Source: Minisyncoccota bacterium
GTDB lineage: Bacteria > Patescibacteriota > Minisyncoccia > UBA6257 > JAGOQP01
Direction: 5' to 3'
Assembly (NCBI GenBank): GCA_017991375.1
Contig: JAGOQP010000003.1
Location: forward strand, 17,525 to 81,524
Length of the DNA: 64,000 bases
The position numbers were made by a program, and so were the translations under genes. Positions 49,183-58,563 of the stretch are shown here, piece after piece. The notes beneath the pieces were generated by a model. The model worked only from the letters and a program-made list of their open reading frames with translations, was not told the DNA's origin and made no database searches. How positions within the stretch are numbered: position 1 is the stretch's first letter; each line of letters starts with the position of its first letter.

Positions 49183-50703
49183 ATGGAGCAGAAAAATCCG
49201 ACATTCTATCGCGCGATGGAAATAATACCTGCGGTGCTCGCGTGGACCACTATCATCGCCATGGTTGTGTTATCCGCGTTTATTCCGGCTTATGTTGCCG
49301 TGTTTATTATCCTCTTTGATATCTATTGGCTTCTTAAAACTATATATCTTTCTTTACACCTGAGAAACAGCTTCACCATCATGAAGCGCAACACAGATAA
49401 AGATTGGAGAGTTTTTTTGGAAACCGACATACGCACAAAAGCTCTATGGGAACGCGTACATCATGTGGTGATCTTGCCGATGTACAATGAGCAATACGAA
49501 GTGGTTCGTGAAACATTTGAACGTCTTTCTCGAGCGAACTATCCACTTGATAAGTTATTTGTCGTACTCGCGCTTGAAGAGCGAGCGGGAGCGCACGCTC
49601 AAGACATTGGAGAAAAAATAAAAAAAGAATTTGGAGACATGTTTGGTGCGTTTTTAGTAACCACTCACCCAGCCCATATTCCCGGGGAACGCCCTGGTAA
49701 AGGATCAAACGAGTCATATGCCGCAGAGATTGTTAAACGTGACGTCATAGACGCGCGGGGCATTGAGTACGCAACACTGTTGGTATCGGTATTTGACGTT
49801 GACACGCAGGTGTATAAGGACTACTTCGGTATTCTTACCCATACATTCTTAACCACGGAGGATAATCAACACGCAAGCTATCAACCCATTCCGTTGTTTC
49901 TTAACAACGTGTACGATTCGCCCGCGCTCGCGCGCATCGTTGGATTTTCGGGAACGTTTTGGCATTTAATGCAACAGTCACGTCCCGAAAAACTAACCAC
50001 CTTCTCATCTCACTCAATGCCTTTTCAGGCGCTGTTAGATATTGGATATTGGCAAAGAGATATTGTATCGGAGGATTCGCGTGTATTTTGGCAATGCCTT
50101 ATTCATTATAATGGAGCGTATAGAGTTGTCCCGCTTTTTTATCCGGTATCTATGGATGCTAACGTCGCGCCCACGTTTTGGGGAACGATGGTAAATTTAT
50201 ACAAACAGCAACGTCGGTGGGCATGGGGAAGTGAGAATATCGCGTACATGATGACAGGGTTTAAGAATAACAAAACGATTCCGTTTAAAACAAAATTTTT
50301 TTGGGCGTTCCATTTGATAGAGGGATGCCATTCATGGGCGACAAATTCTCTGATTATTTTCGCGCTGGGGTGGTTACCCATCTTGCTCGGGGGGCAGTTG
50401 TTTCGAGTAACTATGCTCGCGTATAATCTTCCGCAAATTACCAGGATTATTATGAACTTAGCGTCTCTGGGAATTATTAGCTCGGCGGCGCTTTCGATGA
50501 CCATATTACCTCCAAAGCCCGAATGGTTTAGAAAAAAACATTATGTGTGGTATTTTATTTCGTGGGTGCTGATGCCCATCACGCTCATTGTATTTGGATC
50601 ATTCGCGGCTCTGGACGCGCAGACGCGTCTGGCGTTATCGGGGAAATTCCGTTTGGATTTTTGGGTTACACCGAAGCATCGCCGAGACGGCGGTAAACGA
50701 TGA
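49183..50703 (+). CDS. family 2 glycosyltransferase, membrane-embedded, processive type (QxxRW)
   Basis: N-terminal TM helices, a GT2 catalytic region, LYKQQRRWAWGS (the Q(Q/R)xRW motif of cellulose/chitin-synthase-like enzymes), and C-terminal TM helices. Confidence 0.75.
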   Translation: MEQKNPTFYRAMEIIPAVLAWTTIIAMVVLSAFIPAYVAVFIILFDIYWLLKTIYLSLHLRNSFTIMKRNTDKDWRVFLETDIRTKALWERVHHVVILPMYNEQYEVVRETFERLSRANYPLDKLFVVLALEERAGAHAQDIGEKIKKEFGDMFGAFLVTTHPAHIPGERPGKGSNESYAAEIVKRDVIDARGIEYATLLVSVFDVDTQVYKDYFGILTHTFLTTEDNQHASYQPIPLFLNNVYDSPALARIVGFSGTFWHLMQQSRPEKLTTFSSHSMPFQALLDIGYWQRDIVSEDSRVFWQCLIHYNGAYRVVPLFYPVSMDANVAPTFWGTMVNLYKQQRRWAWGSENIAYMMTGFKNNKTIPFKTKFFWAFHLIEGCHSWATNSLIIFALGWLPILLGGQLFRVTMLAYNLPQITRIIMNLASLGIISSAALSMTILPPKPEWFRKKHYVWYFISWVLMPITLIVFGSFAALDAQTRLALSGKFRLDFWVTPKHRRDGGKR

Positions 50704-50727
50704 AAGATTAACGATTAACGATGGCTT

Positions 50728-51888
50728 ATGCGTATTTTGGCTATTGAAACAAGTTGTGATGAGTCGGCAATCGCGATTGTCGACATACAACAAAAAAAGA
50801 AAAACGATATCCCGCGCATCAAGGTAATTAAGCATGAAGTTGCTTCTCAGATAAAACTACACGCTCAATACGGGGGTGTAGTTCCCGCTCTTGCAAAAAG
50901 GGAGCATATAAAAAATTTGCCGATTTTGTTAAAAAAAATAATTCCTGAAAATCGCTTATCACTTATCTCCACTATTGATTGTATCGCGGTAACGGTTGGT
51001 CCAGGGTTGGAGCCGGCATTGTGGACGGGAATTGAGTTTGCAAAAGAGCTCGCGCGTAAATGGAAAAAACCTCTCATTGGCGCCAATCATATCGAAGGCC
51101 ACTTGTATAGCTTCCTGTTGTCCTCATCACTTACCACTACCCACTTACCACTACCCACTAATATATTTCCCGCCATCGGGCTTATTGTAAGCGGAGGGCA
51201 TACGATTGTGCTTGAGCTTAGTAATTTATCAAAGAGAAAAAAACTGGGAGAAACGCTCGATGACGCGGTGGGAGAATCGTTCGATAAAGTAGCGCGCCTA
51301 CTTGAACTTCCATATCCCGGGGGACCAGCGCTTGAAAAATGTGCCAGAAATGGCGATCCGCGTAGCATCCCATTTCCCTCTCCAATGATTGATGCGCACA
51401 ATTATAATTTTAGTTACAGCGGCCTCAAGACGGCAGTGCTTTATTATATGAAAGGGGTGCAAAGTGAAAAAAATAAACACTGGTGGTCTCCGGATTCCAT
51501 TCACAAACATACGGGTAATTCAGATACGCTCGTACCGCGTTCGTCTGGGGATAAAAAAAGCGCAGAAAGGACTTCAAGTCGAGTGGCCGACATAGCAGCG
51601 TCGTTTCAATATGCCGCGTTTAGAGTACTTGCCAAAAAAGCAGTCAGGGCCGCTCGTGCGTGTGGTGCTCGTGCTATTACTATTGGCGGCGGAGTAGCAG
51701 CGAGCAAGAAACTCCCCGAAATGATACGGGCTGAAATTAAAAAACAAAAGTTAGAAACACGTGTCATAGCTCCACCGTTGGTGTATTGCATGGACAACGC
51801 GGTTATGATCGCGCTTGCCGGGTTTTTCGCTCAACAACAAAAAAAGAGATATCCGCTTAAAGCAAATGGTATTCTTAATATAAAATAA
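50728..51888 (+). CDS. tsaD: tRNA N6-adenosine threonylcarbamoyltransferase TsaD (Kae1/Gcp family)
   Basis: MRILAIETSCDESAIAIVD, GANHIEGHLYS, VSGGHT. It contains an in-frame insertion encoded by the tandem repeat CTTACCACTACCCAC x2 (SSSLTTTHLPLPTN). Confidence 0.85.
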   Translation: MRILAIETSCDESAIAIVDIQQKKKNDIPRIKVIKHEVASQIKLHAQYGGVVPALAKREHIKNLPILLKKIIPENRLSLISTIDCIAVTVGPGLEPALWTGIEFAKELARKWKKPLIGANHIEGHLYSFLLSSSLTTTHLPLPTNIFPAIGLIVSGGHTIVLELSNLSKRKKLGETLDDAVGESFDKVARLLELPYPGGPALEKCARNGDPRSIPFPSPMIDAHNYNFSYSGLKTAVLYYMKGVQSEKNKHWWSPDSIHKHTGNSDTLVPRSSGDKKSAERTSSRVADIAASFQYAAFRVLAKKAVRAARACGARAITIGGGVAASKKLPEMIRAEIKKQKLETRVIAPPLVYCMDNAVMIALAGFFAQQQKKRYPLKANGILNIK

Positions 51889-51941
51889 ACCGCTCGAAGA
51901 AGGAGCCACGAGCGGGGAAGGTGTGCGATATTGATTCTCAT

Positions 51942-52229
51942 TTATTTGGTTTTCCGTCTGGGTCTTAGGACTAAGGTAACAAACGAACGAGCTGTTTGGG
52001 CGCTCCTTTTAAGCATGTTGAGAAATCTCTCGGCGGTTCGGTTAAACTCTCTAATCTCTTCCGGTGACGGGGAAAATTGACCTCTTCTTGTGCCGTTCAT
52101 CCTCTCGAATATCTCTTGGAGACGGCCCCTTTTGGTAGATTGGCTGCTCTTACGATTATGGAAATCGCTCTGAATACGAGAACGACGCAATCGTGTCACG
52201 TCTCTTTGATACCCTCTATCGTATCCCAT
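51942..52229 (-). CDS. hypothetical highly basic small protein
   Basis: 95 aa, Arg/Lys-rich. A minus-strand terminator hairpin CCGCTCG..CGAGCGG plus T-run sits immediately downstream (51898-51925). Confidence 0.45.
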   Translation of the reverse strand: MGYDRGYQRDVTRLRRSRIQSDFHNRKSSQSTKRGRLQEIFERMNGTRRGQFSPSPEEIREFNRTAERFLNMLKRSAQTARSFVTLVLRPRRKTK

Positions 52230-52413
52230 AGAACCCTCCCTGCTGGTTGGGATAGTAAAACGAAGTAATTAATTAGTCAATTATCCCTTGGGCTCTCTAG
52301 TTCTCGGTCTGCTTTGGCAGATCGGGAGTCTTTTTATAAAAACAGTTTGTGCACACTTATGTCGTCTAGTGCTTAATATTGAGGATATTTATTTTTTTTG
52401 ATACGGTTACGGA

Positions 52414-53481
52414 ATGAATGTGCTTAAAAGAATCGATTGGCAGTTAATGATGGCCGTAGCGCTTTTGTGCGGTGCCGGGCTAGTGAGTCTTCTTTCATCC
52501 CATCAGGATTTATTTTGGAAACAGTGCGCGTGGTGTGGGGTTGGTCTTGTAGTCGCGCTTATTCTTACATTGGTTGATTTACGATCCTTCTTTTCACACC
52601 GTGGGTTTGTGCTTAGTTTTTATTATGTGACCGTCGGATTATTGGCTTTGACTTATTTTTTTGCTCCAGCGGTAAAAGGAAATCGGGCGTGGCTTTTTAT
52701 CGGTCCGTTTCAATTTCAACCGGCGGAACTTGCGAAAGTTGCGTTGATTTTAGTTCTTGCTCGTTACCTCGCTAAATGTCATGTAAGCATCGGGAGGTGG
52801 AGAACCATCGCAATGTCGCTGCTGTGGTGTGTTCCCTTGGTTGGTTTTATTGCTGTTCAGCCGGATATGGGGTCTGCTCTGATGTTGCTTATTATATGGG
52901 GATGCCTGGTGTTGATGTCTGGGTTGCCACTTAAGCGAGTCGCTATCGGTGCGTTGGCGGCGATTCTTATTGGGGGGTTGCTATGGGGATTTGTATTAAA
53001 AGGGTATCAGAAGGAAAGAATTATTGGGGCCTTTAACCCAGAGCGTGATCCGCTGGGGGTCAACTATAATATTATCCAGTCAAAAATAGCGATTGGTTCT
53101 GGGGGATGGTTTGGAAAAGGGTTTGGCCAAGGCACGCAGACCCAGCTTGGTTTTCTTCCCGAAGGACACAATGATTTTATTTTCTCCGCGATAGCCGAAG
53201 AGGGTGGATTTTTTGCCATACTGGTGTTAATCATCGCGTATGTATGGATGATGGTGCGCATTCTTAAGATGGGTGCTCGCAGTGATAATAATATGTACGC
53301 GTTTGTATGTTTGGGAACCGCGGCTCTGTTCTTTGGTCAATTTTTCTTTAACGTGGGTTCCGCGACTGGATTGCTTCCCGTTATTGGGGTAACGCTCCCT
53401 TTTGTAAGCTATGGGGGGTCTAGTATTCTTGCTAATATGATACTCATCGGTATGATACAATCATTTTGGGCAAGAAAATAA
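52414..53481 (+). CDS. ftsW: SEDS-family peptidoglycan glycosyltransferase (FtsW/RodA)
   Basis: Ten-TM topology; conserved PDMGSALM and GFLPEGHNDFIFS motifs. Confidence 0.85.
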   Translation: MNVLKRIDWQLMMAVALLCGAGLVSLLSSHQDLFWKQCAWCGVGLVVALILTLVDLRSFFSHRGFVLSFYYVTVGLLALTYFFAPAVKGNRAWLFIGPFQFQPAELAKVALILVLARYLAKCHVSIGRWRTIAMSLLWCVPLVGFIAVQPDMGSALMLLIIWGCLVLMSGLPLKRVAIGALAAILIGGLLWGFVLKGYQKERIIGAFNPERDPLGVNYNIIQSKIAIGSGGWFGKGFGQGTQTQLGFLPEGHNDFIFSAIAEEGGFFAILVLIIAYVWMMVRILKMGARSDNNMYAFVCLGTAALFFGQFFFNVGSATGLLPVIGVTLPFVSYGGSSILANMILIGMIQSFWARK

Positions 53482-53560
53482 TAAACAACCTACAACCAAC
53501 AACTTACAACATTGATATTCAGCAATAATTTGTATATCTGTTTGTTGTGGTGGATTAGTA

Positions 53561-54544
53561 TTGAGCAACATTGCTATGTATAAATTTCTTATCACCTATA
53601 TTTGTATTATTATTGGCGCGGTCGGATTATTGTGGGGGATTAATCAAATCCTTTTTTCAACAGGCGATCAGCAGGCAGTGGTAAAGGTAGTCATAGAACA
53701 AAATCAGGGCGTCTCGCACATCGCTGACGCGCTACTCGAAAAAGAGTTAATTCATTCACGATTACTTTTTTTGTTGTACTCGTATGTGTCTGGATCGTAT
53801 TCAAAATATCAACCAGGCGTATATGCTGTTGCTCCCTCAAGTTCACTTCGAGAAATTATTAAGTTGCTTATCGGCGGACCCAAAGATGTAACGGTGACTA
53901 TTATTCCAGGAATGACGCTTAGAGAGATAGACGAGATGCTTGCGCAAAACGGCGTTATCGCGACAGGAACGTTGCTCAAAACGGCTCCGAGCACGTTTAA
54001 AGACACGATTCGATCGCTCAAGAACGCAAAAACACTAGAAGGATTTTTAATGCCTGACACCTATCGTTTCAAGGGATCAAGCGATGTTGAGGAGGTAATA
54101 GAAACAATTCTTGCCAATTTTAAAAAAGAAAATAATTCACTTTCGTATCAAACACTTATTAAAGCATCGCTCATAGAAAAAGAAGTTCCTCAGGATGACG
54201 ACCGAGTGATAGTAGCGGGGATTATAGAAAAGCGTCTCGCGATGGGGATGCCTCTTCAGATAGACGCGACCGTCCGCTACTGGGCATGTGGTGAGCGTTT
54301 TACCAATTGTGGTTCTTTTAGACGGAGTGATTTTTCGACCGATTCACCTTATAACACGTATATATACAAAGGACTCCCGCCAGCCCCTATCTGTAATCCC
54401 TCTCAGAGCGCGATAGATGCCGCGCGCTCTCCTAAAGCAAGCCCTTTCCTTTATTATTTGTCTGATCCTCAAACCAGCAAGACAATCTTTTCAAAAACAC
54501 TTGAAGAACACAATAAAAATCGAGCGTTGTATCTTGGGTTGTAG
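53561..54544 (+). CDS. mltG: endolytic murein transglycosylase MltG (YceG-like)
   Basis: N-terminal TM then a YceG domain (IPGMTLREIDEML, LMPDTYRF, YNTYIYKGLPPAPICNPS). Confidence 0.8.
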   Translation: MSNIAMYKFLITYICIIIGAVGLLWGINQILFSTGDQQAVVKVVIEQNQGVSHIADALLEKELIHSRLLFLLYSYVSGSYSKYQPGVYAVAPSSSLREIIKLLIGGPKDVTVTIIPGMTLREIDEMLAQNGVIATGTLLKTAPSTFKDTIRSLKNAKTLEGFLMPDTYRFKGSSDVEEVIETILANFKKENNSLSYQTLIKASLIEKEVPQDDDRVIVAGIIEKRLAMGMPLQIDATVRYWACGERFTNCGSFRRSDFSTDSPYNTYIYKGLPPAPICNPSQSAIDAARSPKASPFLYYLSDPQTSKTIFSKTLEEHNKNRALYLGL

Positions 54545-54583
54545 TAAGTGACACGGGAGATAAAAAGGTGTATAAGTAATACT

Positions 54584-55048
54584 ATGGAAAGTCCAGAACG
54601 GTTAATGGACGAACAAAAGGAGGCGCCGAAAGAGTTAGTGGTATGGGTTGTTGATGATTGGGAGGTTGAAACAACGGCGCAATATATACAAATGCAATTT
54701 AACGGCCGCGTTAAAGTTGTCCCTTTCAAAACGGGGGAGAGCGCGCTGGAAGAAATCAAAAAAGAAGGAGCAACGCTTCCTGATCTTATTATTGTTGATG
54801 GGGAACTTGATGCAGACGAAGAAGAGCTGAGAATGGGAGATGAGGTTGTGAAACGGTTGGTTGGAAGCGGACGATTAAAGCCCTTGTGTGGCATTATCCC
54901 ATTTAGCACAAAACGTGAAATAAACCAGAAAATATATGAAGCAGGAGGAGCGCGTGTTGTTTCTGGTTTTCTTGAGGCAAAAAATACAACACCGGTGATC
55001 TCGTATATAGAGCGATTACTATCAACAAAATCAAAGAGGCACGAATAG
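54584..55048 (+). CDS. receiver-domain-like (CheY-like) protein
   Basis: VVWVVDDWE ... LIIVDGELDAD ... fits an alpha/beta receiver-fold pattern; about 155 aa. Confidence 0.45.
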   Translation: MESPERLMDEQKEAPKELVVWVVDDWEVETTAQYIQMQFNGRVKVVPFKTGESALEEIKKEGATLPDLIIVDGELDADEEELRMGDEVVKRLVGSGRLKPLCGIIPFSTKREINQKIYEAGGARVVSGFLEAKNTTPVISYIERLLSTKSKRHE

Positions 55049-55096
55049 GGGTGTGTATCGTTTCCCTACGCGGATAAATAAGGGACTTGACATTTT

Positions 55097-55126
55097 TAGT
55101 CCTCTTGGTTTATACTAAACCCACTC
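55097..55126 (+). promoter_or_regulatory. sigma70-type promoter upstream of rpoB, with a roughly 230-nt leader
   Basis: TTGACA, a 17-nt spacer, then TTATACT. Confidence 0.5.
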
Positions 55127-55357
55127 AGTCACTTCCTATTTTAAAAAGCGCGCTCACCTTGTCGCACTCGGTCTTGTTGGCCGCGGTGCATGCAAAGACG
55201 TATTGGTTGCGCCCTATGGCTCTACTGGTGCGTTCTGCCGACGGTAAGCGATATCATAATAGTGTTTACCACCAATACTAAGTAATACGTCGAAAATTAA
55301 ATACCCTCACCAAGGAGAAAGAGGAGGTCTTTTTTTGCAACGTGTATAAAAAAGTAT

Positions 55358-58300
55358 ATGCATACGCTACCAATTAAGTCGTTTTCAAAACACCCGGGCG
55401 ATTTTATTGAAAAGCCATACTTTGGAGAAATCCAATTGAATTCGTGGCAGTGGTTTTTGAAAAAAGGTATCAAAGAATTATTTAAAGAAATTTCTCCCAT
55501 TCGCGACTACACCTCAAAGGAGTACGAGCTTTATTTTGAGGACTACTCGTTTGATGAACCAAAATTTACCGAGGAAGAATCATGGCAGCGAAGTTCAACA
55601 TACGAAGCAGCGCTTCGCGCGCATGTGCGATTAGTTAATTTAAAGACAAAAAAAGAAACGGAGCAGGAGGTTTACTTGGGTGACTACCCCATGATGACTG
55701 ATCGAGGAACGTTTATTATAAATGGAGTTGAGCGTGTGGTGGTATCTCAATTTATCAGATCGGCGGGGGTATACTTTACCGCAAAATCGGTTCGTGGTCG
55801 CAGATACTTTGGCGCAAAAATTATTCCCGATCGTGGGAGTTGGATGGAATTTGAAGTTGAACTCGATGGGAGTATTGGCGTTAAAATAGACAAACATCGC
55901 AAAGTTCCAGTATCCGATTTACTGCGCGTGTTTGGCTTGGAAACAAACGATACCATCACCTCCACGTTTTCTAGCGATGATGTCGGCGAAACAAAATTCA
56001 TTGCCGCGACACTTAAGCGTGACGTGGCACATGATATTGATGGGTCATATATAGAAATCTACAAACGGTTGCGCCCGGGAGATTTAGTAAGTGCCGAAAA
56101 CGCAAAGAGTTTGATTGATGGCATGTTCAAACGCCTAGATCGTTTTTCTATGTCGCAGGTGGGGCGTTTTAAGTTGAATCAGCGATTGGGCGTGGATCAA
56201 AAAATTGATACGCAACTTATTCGGTTGGAGGATTTGGTGCTTATTGTAAAGGAGCTTATTCGTTTGAATAACGATGAAAACGCTCAACCGGATGATTTTG
56301 ACGATCTTTCTAATCGGCGCGTGCGTTCGGTTGGCGAATTATTGCAGGGGAGAATGCGCGTAGGATTTGCGCGTATGCGCAGAATCATCCAAGACCGCAT
56401 GTCTACTTCCGAAGCGGCGCTCATTACCCCAATGCAGTTAATCAATCCGCGTCCGTTGGCGATGGTGGTGAGAGAATTCGTGATGTCATCACAATTGTCG
56501 CAATTTATGGATCAGGTAAACCCATTGGCTGAGTTGGAGCACAAGCGATTGCTTTCGGCTCTTGGTCCTGGGGGACTTTCTCGCGAACGAGCTGGCTTTG
56601 AAGTGCGCGATGTTCATGCCTCACACTACGGACGCATTTGTCCTATTCAAACTCCAGAAGGTCAAAACATCGGTCTTATTAACCACCTTTCTAACTTCGC
56701 GCGCGTCAACGATATGGGCTTTTTAGAAACGCCGTATGTGCGCGTAAAAAATGGAAAAGTAACTGGTGAGATAGTGTGGATGGATGCGCTTGAGGAACGC
56801 AAACACAACATCGCGCAGGGGAGTGTACGATTGGATGCGTCAAAACATCTTGTTGAGGATATTATTGAAGCTCGCATAAATGGAGAGCCGGGCGTGTGTC
56901 CACGCGATGAAGTTGAGTATATGGATGTTTCATCGTTGCAAGTGGTATCGGCCGCAACCAGTTGTATTTCGTTTTTGGAACATGACGATGCCACGCGCGC
57001 GCTGATGGGATCAAATATGCAACGTCAAGCGGTGCCAGCAGTTCGACCACAGATGCCACTAGTGGGGACGGGAGCTGAGGAACGTATCGCTCTCGACTCG
57101 GGGCGTGTAGTGCTCTCAAAAGAAGACGGAGAAGTTACGTCTGTTGATGCCTCTCATATTGTGGTGCGTGGGAAAAACGGCTCTATTGAGTACGTTTTAC
57201 ATAAGTTTCGTCGATCAAACAGCTATACGGGAATAAGTCAGCGTCCAATCGTAGTCCCCGGTCAAAAAGTCAAAAGAGGCCAGCCGATCGCCGACGGCCC
57301 CGCGACAGATCACGGGACGCTCGCGCTGGGACAAAATCTTCTTATTGCGTTTATTCCATTTTTTGGCGGTAATTTTGAAGACGCGGTAGTTATTTCAGAG
57401 CGTGTTGCACAACAAGATCGGTTTACGTCGGTGGCGATTGAAGATTATATTTGTGATGTTCGTGACACAAAACTTGGTCCGGAGGTAACCACATCCGACA
57501 TCCCAAACGTTTCGGAAGAAAAATTGCGCAATTTGGATGAAGAGGGAATTATCCGTGTTGGCGCCGAGGTGCGTGCGGGAGATATTTTGGTGGGGAAAAT
57601 TTCTCCAAAAGGTGAAACAGAGCTCACCGCTGAAGAAAAATTATTGCGATCTATCTTTGGTGAAAAAGCGCGTGACGTGAAAGATACTTCGCTCTATTTA
57701 CCGCACGGGAAAATCGGTCGCGTTATTGGAATAAAAATATTCTCTCGAGAACATGGAGACAAATTGGAACCGGGAGTTATTAAAAGAATTCAAGTAGAAG
57801 TTGCTCACTTGCGAAAAATACGCGCGGGAGACAAGCTTGCTGGACGTCATGGAAACAAAGGTGTTATTTCACAGGTGCGTCCTGTTGAAGATATGCCGTA
57901 TCTTGCTGATGGAACGCCGGTTGATGTGGTTCTCAATCCCGTAGGCGTACCGTCTCGCATGAACTTAGGACAAGTGCTCGAAGTCCATTTGGGACTTGCC
58001 GCTAAGAAATTAGGATATCGTGTGGTGACACCGGTGTTTGCGAGCGCGACCGAAGAAGAAATCGCGCATGAACTTAAAAAAGCGGGGTGTCCTGAAAATG
58101 GACGACTGGAATTATTTGATGGCCACACCGGAAAGAAATTCGATCAGCCGGTGACGGTGGGGTATATGTACATTATGAAACTCAATCACTTGGTTGAGGA
58201 TAAGATTCACATGCGTTCAATTGGGCCGTACTCACTAGTAACTCAACAACCGCTGGGAGGGAAAGCGCAATTTGGCGGTCAGCGTTTTGGAGAAATGGAA

Positions 58301-58531
58301 GTATGGGCGCTCGAAGGATATGGCGCGGCTCATACACTGCAGGAAATGCTGACGATCAAATCGGATGACGTGCTTGGACGCGCGGCGGCGTTTGAATCAA
58401 TTGTAAAAGGAGATGACATTCGCGTGTCGACATCTCCCTCGGCGTTTAGTGTGCTCACTAACGAAATTAACGCGCTTGGTATTAAGATTGATCCGGTGCG
58501 CAAAGAAGACGTTGGGGACAAGGACTACTAA
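55358..58531 (+). CDS. rpoB: DNA-directed RNA polymerase subunit beta
   Basis: Conserved RpoB blocks (GDYPMMTDRGTFIINGVERVVVSQ, NMQRQAVP, GRHGNKGV); 1057 aa. Confidence 0.95.
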   Translation: MHTLPIKSFSKHPGDFIEKPYFGEIQLNSWQWFLKKGIKELFKEISPIRDYTSKEYELYFEDYSFDEPKFTEEESWQRSSTYEAALRAHVRLVNLKTKKETEQEVYLGDYPMMTDRGTFIINGVERVVVSQFIRSAGVYFTAKSVRGRRYFGAKIIPDRGSWMEFEVELDGSIGVKIDKHRKVPVSDLLRVFGLETNDTITSTFSSDDVGETKFIAATLKRDVAHDIDGSYIEIYKRLRPGDLVSAENAKSLIDGMFKRLDRFSMSQVGRFKLNQRLGVDQKIDTQLIRLEDLVLIVKELIRLNNDENAQPDDFDDLSNRRVRSVGELLQGRMRVGFARMRRIIQDRMSTSEAALITPMQLINPRPLAMVVREFVMSSQLSQFMDQVNPLAELEHKRLLSALGPGGLSRERAGFEVRDVHASHYGRICPIQTPEGQNIGLINHLSNFARVNDMGFLETPYVRVKNGKVTGEIVWMDALEERKHNIAQGSVRLDASKHLVEDIIEARINGEPGVCPRDEVEYMDVSSLQVVSAATSCISFLEHDDATRALMGSNMQRQAVPAVRPQMPLVGTGAEERIALDSGRVVLSKEDGEVTSVDASHIVVRGKNGSIEYVLHKFRRSNSYTGISQRPIVVPGQKVKRGQPIADGPATDHGTLALGQNLLIAFIPFFGGNFEDAVVISERVAQQDRFTSVAIEDYICDVRDTKLGPEVTTSDIPNVSEEKLRNLDEEGIIRVGAEVRAGDILVGKISPKGETELTAEEKLLRSIFGEKARDVKDTSLYLPHGKIGRVIGIKIFSREHGDKLEPGVIKRIQVEVAHLRKIRAGDKLAGRHGNKGVISQVRPVEDMPYLADGTPVDVVLNPVGVPSRMNLGQVLEVHLGLAAKKLGYRVVTPVFASATEEEIAHELKKAGCPENGRLELFDGHTGKKFDQPVTVGYMYIMKLNHLVEDKIHMRSIGPYSLVTQQPLGGKAQFGGQRFGEMEVWALEGYGAAHTLQEMLTIKSDDVLGRAAAFESIVKGDDIRVSTSPSAFSVLTNEINALGIKIDPVRKEDVGDKDY

Positions 58532-58563
58532 ACATAAAAACGTAACTACTATCTATCTATTTT

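Noticed and set aside
51942-52229. Ribosomal protein S21 assignment for the basic 95-aa protein
   Set aside because: It is basic and has a weak REF-like motif, but shows no convincing alignment to the S21 consensus. It is kept as a hypothetical basic protein.
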